Below are positions 50,301 through 63,333 of a DNA stretch of 64,000 bases, in pieces; position 1 is the first letter of the stretch, and each line of letters starts with the position of its first letter. The notes under the pieces are model-generated. The model saw only the letters and a program-made list of their open reading frames with translations. It searched no databases and had not been told where the DNA came from. The stretch comes from Macrostomum hystrix (taxonomy: Eukaryota; Animalia; Platyhelminthes): contig CATNEN010000025.1 of NCBI GenBank assembly GCA_950097015.1, positions 2,914,001 to 2,978,000 on the forward strand, in the 5' to 3' direction. Position numbers and translations under genes: made by a program.

Positions 50301-53300
50301 TGAGGGATCTGGCCCATTTAGAATGAGGGATCTGACCCATTTAGAATGAGGATCTGACCCATTTAGAATGAGGGATCTGGCCCAGTTAGAATGAGGGATC
50401 TGACCCATTTAGAATGAGGGATCTGACCCATTTAGAATGAGGATCTGACCCATTTAGAATGAGGATCTGACCCAGTTAGAATGAGGGATCTGGCCCAATT
50501 AGAATGAGGGATCTGACCCATTTAGAATGAGGGATCTGACCGAATTAGAGTGAGGATCTGACCCATTTAGAATGAGGATCTGACCCATTTAGAATGAGGG
50601 ATCTGGCCCAGTTAGAATGAGGGATCTGACCCATTTAGAATGAGGGATCTGACCCATTTAGAATGAGGATCTGACCCATTTAGAATGAGGATCTGACCTA
50701 TTTAGAATGAGGGATCTGACCTATTTAGAATGAGGGATCTGACCCATTTAGAATGAGGGATCTGACCCATTTAGAATGAGGGATCTGACCCAATTAGAAT
50801 GAGGGATCTGACCCAGTTAGAATGAGGGATCTGACCCATTTAGAATGAGGATCTGACCCATTTAGAATGAGGGATCTGACCCAGTTAGAATGAGGGATCT
50901 GACCCATTTAGAATGAGGGATCTGACCCAGTTAGAATGAGGGATCTGACCCATTTAGAATGAGGATCTGACCCATTTAGAATGAGGGATCTGACCCAATT
51001 AGAATGAGGATCTGACCCATTTAGAATGAGGGATTCTGACCCAGTTAGAATGAGGATCTGACCCATTTAGAATGAGGATCTGACCCAGTTAGAATGAGGG
51101 ATCTGACCCATTTAGAATGAGGATCTGACCCATTTAGAATGAGGGATGTGACCCATTTAGAATGAGGGATCTGACCCTTTTAGAATGAGGGATCTGACCC
51201 ATTTAGAATGAGGATCTGACCCATTTAGAATGAGGGATCTGACCCAGTTAGAATGAGGATCTGACCCATTTAGAGTGAGGGATCTGACCCATTTAGAATG
51301 AGGATCTGACCCATTTAGAATGAGGGATCTGGCCCAATTAGAGTGAGGTATCTGACCCATTTAGAGTGAGGGATCTGACCCATTTAGAATGAGGATCTGA
51401 CCCATTTAGAATGAGGGATCTGACCCATTTAGAATGAGGGATCTGACCCAGTTAGAATGAGGGATCTGACCCATTTAGAATGAGGATCTTACCTATTTAG
51501 AATGAGGGATCTGACCCATTTAGAATGAGGGATCTGACCCATTTAGAATGAGGGATCTGACCCAGTTAGAATAAGGGATCTGACCCATTTAGAATGAGGG
51601 ATCTGACCCATTTAGAATGAGGGATCTGACCCATTTAGAATGAGGGATCTGACCCAGTTAGAATAAGGGATCTGACCCATTTAGAATGAGGGATCTGACC
51701 CAGTTAAAATGAGGGATCTGACCCATTTAGAATAAGGGATCTGACCCATTTAGAATGAGGGATCTGACCCAGTTAAAATGAGGGATCTGACCCATTTAGA
51801 ATGAGGGATCTGACCCATTTAGAATGAGGATCTGACCCATTTAGAATGAGGGATCTGACCCATTTAGAATGAGGGATCTGACCCATTTAGAATGAGGGAT
51901 CTGACCCAGTTAAAATGAGGGATCTGACCCATTTAGAATAAGGGATCTGACCTATTTAGAATGAGGGATCTGACCCATTTAGAATGAGGGATCTGAACCA
52001 TTTAGAATGAGGGATCTGACCCAGTTAGAATGAGGGATCTGACCTATTTAGAATGAGGGATCTGACCTATTTAAAGTGAGGGATCTGACCCAGTTAGAAT
52101 GAGGGATCTGACCCAGTTAGAATGAGGGATCTGACCCATTTAGAATGAGGGATCTGACCCAGTTAGAATGAGGGATCTGAACCATTTAGAATAAGGGATC
52201 TGACCTATTTAGAATGAGGGATCTGACCCAGTTAGAATGAGGGATCTGACCCATTTAGAATGAGGGATCTGACCCAGTTAAAATGAGGGATCTGACCTAT
52301 TTAGAATGAGGGATCTGACCCATTTAGAATGAGGGATCTGACCCAGTTAGAATGAGGGATCTGACCCATTTAGAATGAGGGATCTGACCCAGTTAAAATG
52401 AGGGATCTGACGCATTTAGAATAAGGGATCTGACCTATTTAGAATGAGGGATCTGACCCATTTAGAATGAGGGATCTGACCCATTTAGAATGAGGGATCT
52501 GACCCAGTTAGAATAAGGGATCTGACCCATTTAGAATGAGGGATCTGACCCATTTAGAATGAGGGATCTGACCCATTTAGAATGAGGGATCTGACCCAGT
52601 TAGAATAAGGGATCTGACCCATTTAGAATGAGGGATCTGACCCAGTTAAAATGAGGGATCTGACCCATTTAGAATAAGGGATCTGACCTATTTAGAATGA
52701 GGGATCTGACCCATTTAAAAAGAGGGATCTGACCCATTTAGAATGAGGGATCTGACCCATTTAGAATGAGGATCTGACCCATTTAGAATGAGGGATCTGA
52801 CCCATTTAGAATGAGGGATCTGACCCATTTAGAATGAGGATCTGACCCATTTAGAATGAGGGATCTGACCTATTTAGAATGAGGGATCTGACCCATTTAG
52901 AATGAGGGATCTGACCCATTTAGAATGAGGGATCTGACCCAGTTAGAATAAGGGATCTGACCCATTTAGAATGAGGGATCTGACCCATTTAGAATGAGGG
53001 ATCTGACCCATTTAGAATGAGGGATCTGACCCAGTTAGAATAAGGGATCTGACCCATTTAGAATGAGGGATCTGACCCAGTTAAAATGAGGGATCTGACC
53101 CATTTAGAATAAGGGATCTGACCCATTTAGAATGAGGGATCTGACCCAGTTAAAATGAGGGATCTGACCCATTTAGAATGAGGGATCTGACCCATTTAGA
53201 ATGAGGATCTGACCCATTTAGAATGAGGGATCTGACCCATTTAGAATGAGGGATCTGACCCATTTAGAATGAGAATCTGACCCAATTAGAATGAGGATCT

Positions 53301-56300
53301 GACCCATTTAGAATGAGGGATCTGACCCATTTAGAATGAGGGATCTGACCCAGTTAGAATGAGGGATCTGACCCATTTAGAATGAGGGATCTGACCCATT
53401 TAGAATGAGGGATCTGGCCCATTTAGAATGAGGGATCTGACCCATTTAGAATGAGGATCTGACCCAGTTAGAATGAGGATCTGACCCATTTAGAATGAGG
53501 GATCTGACCCAGTTAGAATGAGGGATCTGACCCATTTAGAATGAGGATCTGACCCATTTAGAATAAGGGATCTGACCCATTTAGAATGAGGATCTGACCC
53601 ATTTAGAATGAGGGATCTGACCCATTTAGAATGAGGGATCTGGCCCATTTAGAATTAGGGATCTGACCCATTTAGAATGAGGATCTGACCCATTTAGAAT
53701 GAGGGATCTGACCCATTTAGAATGAGGATCTGACCCATTTAGAATGAGGGATCTGACCCATTTAGAATGAGGGATCTGACCCATTTAGAATGAGGATCTG
53801 ACCCATTTAGAATGAGGGATCTGGCCCAGTTAGAATGAGGGATCTGACCCATTTAGAATGAGGGATCTGACCCATTTAGAATGAGGATCTGACCCATTTA
53901 GAATGAGGATCTGACCCATTTAGAATGAGGATCTGACCCATTTAGAATGAGGGATCTGGCCCAATTAGAATGAGGGATCTGACCCATTTAGAATGAGGGA
54001 TCTGACCCAATTAGAGTGAGGATCTGACCCATTTAGAATGAGGATCTGACCCATTTAGAATGAGGGATCTGGCCCAGTTAGAATGAGGGATCTGACCCAT
54101 TTAGAATGAGGGATCTGACCCATTTAGAATGAGGATCTGACCCATTTAGAATGAGGATCTGACCTATTTAGAATGAGGGATCTGACCCTATTTAGAATGA
54201 GGGATCTGACCCATTTAGAATGAGGGATCTGACCCATTTAGAATGAGGGATCTGACCCATTTAGAATGAGGGATCTGACCCAGTTAGAATGAGGGATCTG
54301 ACCCATTTAGAATGAGGATCTGACCCATTTAGAATGAGGGATCTGACCCAGTTAGAATGAGGGATCTGACCCATTTAGAATGAGGGATCGTGACCCAGTT
54401 AGAATGAGGGATCTGACCCATTTAGAATGAGGATCTGACCCATTTAGAATGAGGGATCTGGCCCAATTAGAATGAGGATCTGACCCATTTAGAATGAGGG
54501 ATCTGACCCAGTTAGAATGAGGATCTGACCCATTTAGAATGAGGATCTGACCCAGTTAGAATGAGGGATCTGACCCATTTAGAATGAGGATCTGACCCAT
54601 TTAGAATGAGGGATGTGACCCATTTAGAATGAGGGATCTGACCCTTTTAGAATGAGGGATCTGACCCATTTAGAATGAGGATCTGACCCATTTAGAATGA
54701 GGGATCTGACCCAGTTAGAATGAGGATCTGACCCATTTAGAGTGAGGGATCTGACCCATTTAGAATGAGGATCTGACCCATTTAGAATGAGTGATCTGGC
54801 CCAATTAGAGTGAGGTATCTGACCCATTTAGAGTGAGGGATCTGACCCATTTAGAATGAGGATCTGACCCATTTAGAATGAGGGATCTGGCCCATTTAGA
54901 ATGAGGGATCTGACCCTTTTAGAATGAGGGATCTGACCCATTTAGAATGAGGATCTGACCCATTTAGAATGAGGGATGTGACCCATTTAGAATGAGGGAT
55001 CTGACCCTTTTAGAATGAGGGATCTGACCCATTTAGAATGAGGATCTGACCCATTTAGAATGAGGGATCTGACCCAGTTAGAATGAGGATCTGACCCAGT
55101 TAGAATGAGGGATCTGACCCATTTAGAATGAGGATCTGACCCATTTAGAATGAGGGATCTGGCCCAATTAGAATGAGGATCTGACCCATTTAGAATGAGG
55201 GATCTGACCCAGTTAGAATGAGGATCTGACCCATTAGAATGAGGATCTGACCCAGTTAGAATGAGGGATCTGACCCATTTAGAATGAGGATCTGACCCAT
55301 TTAGAATGAGGGATGTGACCCATTTAGAATGAGGGATCTGACCCATTTAGAATGAGGGATCTGACCCATTTAGAATGAGGATCTGACCCATTTAGAATGA
55401 GGGATCTGACCCAGTTAGAATGAGGATCTGACCCATTTAGAGTGAGGGATCTGACCCATTTAGAATGAGGATCTGACCCATTTAGAATGAGGGATCTGAC
55501 CCATTTAGAATGAGGGATCTGACCCATTTAGAATGAGGATCTGACCCATTTAGAATGAGGGATCTGGCCCAGTTAGAATGAGGGATCTGACCCATTTAGA
55601 ATGAGGGATCTGACCCATTTAGAATGAGGATCTGACCCATTTAGAATGAGGATCTGACCCATTTAGAATGAGGATCTGACCCATTTAGAATGAGGGATCT
55701 GGCCCAATTAGAATGAGGGATCTGACCCATTTAGAATGAGGGATCTGACCCAATTAGAGTGAGGATCTGACCCATTTAGAATGAGGATCTGACCCATTTA
55801 GAATGAGGGATCTGGCCCAGTTAGAATGAGGGATCTGACCCATTTAGAATGAGGGATCTGACCCATTTAGAATGAGGATCTGACCCATTTAGAATGAGGA
55901 TCTGACCTATTTAGAATGAGGGATCTGACCTATTTAGAATGAGGGATCTGACCCATTTAGAATGAGGGATCTGACCCATTTAGAATGAGGGATCTGACCC
56001 ATTTAGAATGAGGGATCTGACCCAGTTAGAATGAGGGATCTGACCCATTTAGAATGAGGATCTGACCCATTTAGAATGAGGGATCTGACCCAGTTAGAAT
56101 GAGGATCTGACCCATTTAGAATGAGGATCTGACCCAGTTAGAATGAGGGATCTGACCCATTTAGAATGAGGATCTGACCCATTTAGAATGAGGGATGTGA
56201 CCCATTTAGAATGAGGGATCTGACCCATTTAGAATGAGGGATTTGACCCATTTAGAATGAGGATCTGACCCATTTAGAATGAGGGATCTGACCCAGTTAG

Positions 56301-59300
56301 AATGAGGATCTGACCCATTTAGAGTGAGGGATCTGACCCATTTAGAATGAGGATCTGACCCATTTAGAATGAGGGATCTGACCCATTTAGAATGAGGGAT
56401 CTAACCCATTTAGAATGAGGATCTGACCCATTTAGAATGAGGGATCTGGCCCAGTTAGAATGAGGGATCTGACCCATTTAGAATGAGGGATCTGACCCAT
56501 TTAGAATGAGGATCTGACCCATTTAGAATGAGGGATCTGACCCATTTAGAATGAGGATCTGACCCATTTAGAATGAGGATCTGGCCCAATTAGAATGAGG
56601 GATCTGACCCATTTAGAATGAGGGATCTGACCCAATTAGAGTGAGGATCTGACCCATTTAGAATGAGGATCTGACCCATTTAGAATGAGGGATCTGACCC
56701 ATTTAGAATGAGGGATCTGGCCCAGTTAGAATGAGGGATCTGACCCATTTAGAATGAGGGATCTGACCCATTTAGAATGAGGATCTGACCCATTTAGAAT
56801 GAGGATCTGACCTATTTAGAATGAGGGATCTGACCTATTTAGAATGAGGGATCTGACCCATTTAGAATGAGGGATCTGACCCATTTAGAATGAGGGATCT
56901 GACCCATTTAGAATGAGGGATCTGACCCAGTTAGAATGAGGGATCTGACCCATTTAGAATGAGGATCTGACCCATTTAGAATGAGGGATCTGACCCAGTT
57001 AGAATGAGGGATCTGACCCATTTAGAATGAGGGATCTGACCCAGTTAGAATGAGGGATCTGACCCATTTAGAATGAGGATCTGACCCATTTAGAATGAGG
57101 GATCTGGCCCAATTAGAATGAGGATCTGACCCATTTAGAATGAGGGATCTGACCCAGTTAGAATGAGGATCTGACCCATTTAGAATGAGGGATCTGACCC
57201 AGTTAGAATGAGGATCTGACCCATTTAGAGTGAGGGATCTGACCCATTTAGAATGAGGATCTGACCCATTTAGAATGAGGGATCTGGACCCAATTAGAGT
57301 GAGGTATCTGACCCATTTAGAGTGAGGGATCTGACCCATTTAGAATGAGGGATCTGACCCATTTAGAATGAGGGATCTGGCCCATTTAGAATGAGGGATC
57401 TGGACCCAATTAGAATGAGGATCTGACCCATTTAGAATGAGGATCTGACCCAGTTAGAATGAGGATCTGACCTATTTAGAATGAGGAATCTGACCCAGTT
57501 AGAATGAGGGATCTGACCCATTTAGAATGAGGATCTGACCCATTTAGAATGAGGTATTGTGACCCATTTAGAATGAGGGATCTGACCCTTTTAGAATGAG
57601 GGATCTGACCCATTTAGAATGAGGATCTGACCCAGTTAGAATGAGGGATCTGACCCATTTAGAATGAGGATCTGACCCAGTTAGAATGAGGGATCTGACC
57701 CATTTAGAATGAGGATCTGACCCATTTAGAATGAGGGATCTGGCCCAATTAGAATGAGGATCTGACCCATTTAGAATGAGGGATCTGACCCAGTTAGAAT
57801 GAGGATCTGACCCATTTAGAATGAGGATCTGACCCAGTTAGAATGAGGGATCTGACCCATTTAGAATGAGGATCTGACCCATTTAGAATGAGGGATGTGA
57901 CCCATTTAGAATGAGGGATCTGACCCTTTTAGAATGAGGGATCTGACCCATTTAGAATGAGGATCTGACCCATTTAGAATGAGGGATCTGACCCAGTTAG
58001 AATGAGGATCTGACCCATTTAGAGTGAGGGATCTGACCCATTTAGAATGAGGATCTGACCCATTTAGAATGAGGGATCTGGCCCAATTAGAGTGAGGTAT
58101 CTGACCCATTTAGAGTGAGGGATCTGACCCATTTAGAATGAGGATCTGACCCATTTAGAATGAGGGATCTGGCCCATTTAGAATGAGGGATCTGGCCCAA
58201 TTAGAATGAGGATCTGACCCATTTAGAATGAGGGATCTGACCCAGTTAGAATGAGGATCTGACCCATTTAGAATGAGGATCTGACCCAGTTAGAATGAGG
58301 GATCTGACCCATTTAGAATGAGGATCTGACCCATTTAGAATGAGGGATGTGACCCATTTAGAATGAGGGATCTGACCCTTTTAGAATGAGGGATCTGACC
58401 CATTTAGAATGAGGATCTGACCCATTTAGAATGAGGGATCTGACCCAGTTAGAATGAGGATCTGACCCAGTTAGAATGAGGGATCTGACCCATTTAGAAT
58501 GAGGATCTGACCCATTTAGAATGAGGGATCTGGCCCAATTAGAATGAGGATCTTACCCATTTAGAATGAGGGATCTGACCCAGTTAGAATGAGGATCTGA
58601 CCCATTTAGAATGAGGGATCTGACCCAGTTAGAATGAGGGATCTGACCCATTTAGAATGAGGATCTGACCCATTTAGAATGAGGGATGTGACCCATTTAG
58701 AATGAGGGATCTGACCCATTTAGAATGAGGGATCTGACCCATTTAGAATGAGGATCTGACCCATTTAGAATGAGGGATCTGACCCAGTTAGAATGAGGAT
58801 CTGACCCATTTAGAGTGAGGGATCTGACCCATTTAGAATGAGGATCTGACCCATTTAGAATGAGGGATCTGGCCCATTTAGAATGAGGGATCTGGCCCAA
58901 TTAGAGTGAGGGATCTGACCCAGTTAGAATGAGGGATCTGACCCATTTAGAATGAGGGATCTGGCCCAATTAGAATGAGGATCTGACCCATTTAGAATGA
59001 GGGATCTGACCCAGTTAGAATGAGGATCTGACCCATTTAGAATGAGGATCTGACCCAGTTAGAATGAGGGATCTGACCCATTTAGAATGAGGATCTGACC
59101 CATTTAGAATGAGGGATGTGACCCATTTAGAATGAGGGATCTGACCCTTTTAGAATGAGGGATCTGACCCATTTAGAATGAGGATCTGACCCATTTAGAA
59201 TGAGGGATCTGACCCAGTTAGAATGAGGATCTGACCCATTTAGAGTGAGGTATCTGACCCATTTAGAATGAGGATCTGACCCATTTAGAATGAGGATCTG

Positions 59301-62162
59301 ACCCATTTAGAATGAGGGATCTGACCCAGTTAGAATGAGGATCTGACCCATTTAGAGTGAGGTATCTGACCCATTTAGAATGAGGATCTGACCCATTTAG
59401 AATGAGGGATCTGACCCATTTAGAATGAGGGATCTGGCCCAATTAGAGTGAGGTATTTGACCCATTTAGAATGAGGGATCTGACCCATTTAGAATGAGGG
59501 ATCTGGCCCAATTAGAGTGAGGTATTTGACCCATTTAGAATGAGGGATCTGACCCATTTAGAATGAGGATCTGACCCAGTTAGAATGAGGGATCTGACCC
59601 ATTTAGAATGAGGATCTGACCCATTTAGAATGAGGGATCTGACCCATTTAGAATGAGGGATCTGACCCATTTAGAATGAGGATCTGACCCATTTAGAATG
59701 AGGGATCTGACCCATTTAGAATGAGGGATCTGACCCATTTAGAATGAGGGATCTGGCCCAATTAGAGTGAGGGATCTGACCCTTTTAGAATGAGGTATTT
59801 GACCCATTTAGAATGAGGGATCTGACCCATTTAGAATGAGGATCTGACCCAATTAGAATGAGGGATCTGACCCAGTTAAAATGAGGGATCTGACCCATTT
59901 AGAATGAGGGATCTGACCCATTTAGAATGAGGGATCTGGCCCAATTAGAGTGAGGTATTTGACCCATTTAGAATGAGGGATCTGACCCATTTAGAATGAG
60001 GATCTGACCCAGTTAGAATGAGGGATCTGACCCATTTAGAATGAGGATCTGACCCATTTAGAATGAGGGATCTGACCCATTTAGAATGAGGGATCTGGCC
60101 CAATTAGAGTGAGGTATTTGACCCATTTAGAATGAGGGATCTGACCCATTTAGAATGAGGGATCTGGCCCATTTAGAATGAGGGATCTGACCCATTTAGA
60201 ATGAGGGATCTGACCCATTTAGAATGAGGGATCTGACCCATTTAGAATGAGGATCTGACCCATTTAGAATGAGGGATCTGGCCCATTTAGAATGAGGGAT
60301 CTGACCCATTTAGAATGAGGGATCTGACCCATTTAGAATGAGGGATCTGGCCCAATTAGAATGAGGGATCTGACCCATTTAGAATGAGGGATCTGACCCA
60401 TTTAGAATGAGGGATCTGACCCATTTAGAATGAGGGATCTGACCCATTTAGAATGAGGGATCTGGCCCATTTAGAATGAGGATCTGACCCATTTAGAATG
60501 AGGGATCTGACCCATTTAGAATGAGGATCTGACCCATTTAGAATGAGGGATCTGACCCATTTAGAATGAGGGATCTGGCCCATTTAGAATGAGGGATCTG
60601 ACCCATTTAGAATGAGGGATCTGACCCATTTAGAATGAGGGATCTGGCCCAATTAGAATGAGGGATCTGACCCATTTAGAATGAGGGATCTGACCCATTT
60701 AGAATGAGGGATCTGACCCATTTAGAATGAGGGATCTGACCCATTTAGAATGAGGGATCTGGCCCATTTAGAATGAGGGATCTGACCCATTTAGAATGAG
60801 GGATCTGGCCCATTTAGAATGAGGGATCTGACCCATTTAGAATGAGGGATCTGACCCATTTAGAATGAGGGATCTGACCCATTTAGAATGAGGGATCTGA
60901 CCCATTTAGAATGAGGGATCTGACCCATTTAGAATGAGGGATCTGACCCAGTTAGAATGAGGGATCTGACCCATTTAGAATGAGGATCTGACCCATTTAG
61001 AATGAGGGATCTGGCCCATTTAGAATGAGGGATCTGACCCATTTAGAATGAGGGATCTGACCCAGTTAGAATGAGGGATCTGACCCATTTAGAGTGAGGG
61101 ATCTGACCCATTTAGAATGAGGGATCTGACCCATTTAGAATGAGGGATCTGACCCAGTTAGAATGAGGGATCTGACCCATTTAGAGTGAGGGATCTGACC
61201 CATTTAGAATGAGGGATCTGACCCATTTAGAATGAGGGATCTGGCCCATTTAGAATGAGGGATCTGGCCCATTTAGAATGAGGATCTGACCCATTTAGAA
61301 TGAGGGATCTGACCCATTTAGAATGAGGATCTGACCCATTTAGAATGAGGGATCTGACCCATTTAGAATGAGGGATCTGACCCATTTAGAATGAGGGATC
61401 TGACCCATTTAGAATGAGGGATCTGACCCAGTTAGAATGAGGGATCTGGCCCAGTTAGAATGAGGGATCTGACCCATTTAGAATAAGGGATCTGACCCAG
61501 TTAGAATGAGGGATCTGACCTATTTAGAATGAGGATCTGGCCCAATTAGAGTGAGGTATTTGACCCATTTAGAATGAGGGATCTGACCCATTTAGAATGA
61601 GGGATCTGACCCATTTGGAATGAGGGATCTGACCCATTTAGAATGAGGGATCTGACCCATTTAGAATGAGGGATCTGGCCCATTTAGAATGAGGGATCTG
61701 ACCCAGTTAGAATAAGGGATCTGACCCATTTAGAATGAGGGATCTGACCCAGTTAGAATAAGGGATCTGACCCAGTTAGAATGAGGAATCTGACTCATTT
61801 AGAATGAGGGATCTGGCCCATTTAGAATGAGGGATCTGACCCATTTAGAATGAGGGATCTGACCCATTTAGAATGAGGGATCTGACCCATTTAGAATGAG
61901 GGATCTGACCCATTTAGAATGAGGGATCTGACCCATTTAGAATGAGGGATCTGGCCCATTTAGAATGAGGGATCTGACCCATTTAGAATGAGGGATCTGA
62001 CCCATTTAGAATGAGGGATCTGGCCCATTTAGAATGAGGGATCTGACCCATTTAGAATGAGGGATCTGGCCCATTTAGAATGAGGGATCTGACCCATTTA
62101 GAATGAGGGATCTGACCCATTTAGAATGAGGGATCTGACCCAATTAGAGTGAGGTATTTGAC
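26338..62162. repeat. 35.8-kb satellite of a 23-bp unit (CTGACCCATTTAGAATGAGGGAT) with 22-bp and substitution variants
   Basis: An uninterrupted single-orientation array of roughly 1,570 units (estimated as length divided by unit size). No unique spacers or inserted elements were seen. Confidence 0.98.
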
Positions 62163-62742
62163 TTTTCTTTAATTGAGTCCTCTTCAATAGTAAATTCTGA
62201 ATCGAAATTAAGATAAAATCACAGGCCATCACAATGGTAACACTGCAATTGAGCAATTTGGAAGCAATATTCAAGTTACGTAATACGAGTACACCACACG
62301 CCACCAACTCAGAAGAAAAGAAGAAGAGAAGGCACAAGAAACTCTATCGCGTAGTTTGGAAATGACGGCCAAAAGCTCAGCAAGAAAATAAATATCTGGC
62401 TGGTGAATAAAATATATTTAGATAAAATCTGCACATTTTCTAAATTATCAGACTTCAAGATCAAGCACAGAGCAACCAAAGTAATAGAACCATGGAGACA
62501 TGAATGTTAGAAAATTAAGGGACAACAATATACCAGACAACGCCTGTTCTCTGGACTGCCTATAGTATAGAGGTTTATACTGAGCATTGTTACTTGTCCA
62601 TGTCATCAGGGTCTTCGACAAGAATAGCTGAATATATCGACAATTCTGACGTCGAAAGGCTTTGAAAGCTAGTTCATCGTAAAGGTCGGATGGTGAACTT
62701 TTACGAAAATCGGTCATTTGGTTTGGGAGCAATCGTGAAGTA

Positions 62743-63333
62743 TCTCTCTCTATCTATTTGCAGGGGGGCCCGGGGCACTTGTCGCACAAGCGACGGAGCG
62801 GCACGCCCCCAGACCGGCGAACTAGGCGCTTTTGCGCCCATCGCGCCGCCTCCCCTGAGCAGGCACCACACACAGCAGCACAGACCAGCCGGGGAGGGCA
62901 GGAGGCACCCAGAATAGGCAGCAGTGCCCCCACCCCAGCCCCACACGCACATAGCAGACCAAGCCTGATAAGGCTGATAAGAAATCAGTCCTCAGGGGGG
63001 GCCGGGTGATGAGTGCACACTTATCCAATCGCGCTGACGGAAGTCCAGAAAGGGCGCGGCGGTGTACACCCGCCCCCAGCCACCCCCCGCAAGGCCTCAC
63101 GCCCCAGCGCCAACGCACACAACTCACACAACGCAGAACAGGCACACAGAAGGTAGGAGCGAAGCTATTATTTCAAGCTTTGATTGCACGAAATATGGTG
63201 CACCTCCGCCGGTCGCTACTGTCCAAACCCCCCAACAAGTCCCGAAATTAATCGTGACTAGAAGGGTGAATCGAACTAGCGTCCTTTGGAGTGCGAGGCA
63301 GCGACGTTAGCCGCTGACCCACTCGCCCCCTTT
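62743..63333 (-). mobile_element. Full-length tRNA-derived SINE (591 bp) with an 11-bp target-site duplication
   Basis: Head GGGGGCGAGTGGGTCAGCGGCTAACG with A-box TGGGTCAGCGG (63321-63311) and B-box AGTTCGATTC (63277-63268). GC-rich body and a simple-repeat tail AAATAGATAGAGAGAGA. The direct repeat ATCGTGAAGTA lies at 62732-62742 and 63334-63344. Confidence 0.85.

Noticed and set aside
26338-62162. CRISPR array, or the recurring MGQIPHS... ORFs
   Set aside because: Units are contiguous with no unique spacers, there are no cas genes, and the context is eukaryotic. The ORFs are alternating 23+22-bp units read in frame.
26338-62162. Telomeric repeat or G-quadruplex array
   Set aside because: TTAGGG occurs only in a rare variant, and each unit has a single GGG with about 20-nt spacing.
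62690-63310. Several 75-107-aa ORFs in the GC-rich island
   Set aside because: They lie within the SINE body, are open on both strands because of GC content, and show no domain signal.
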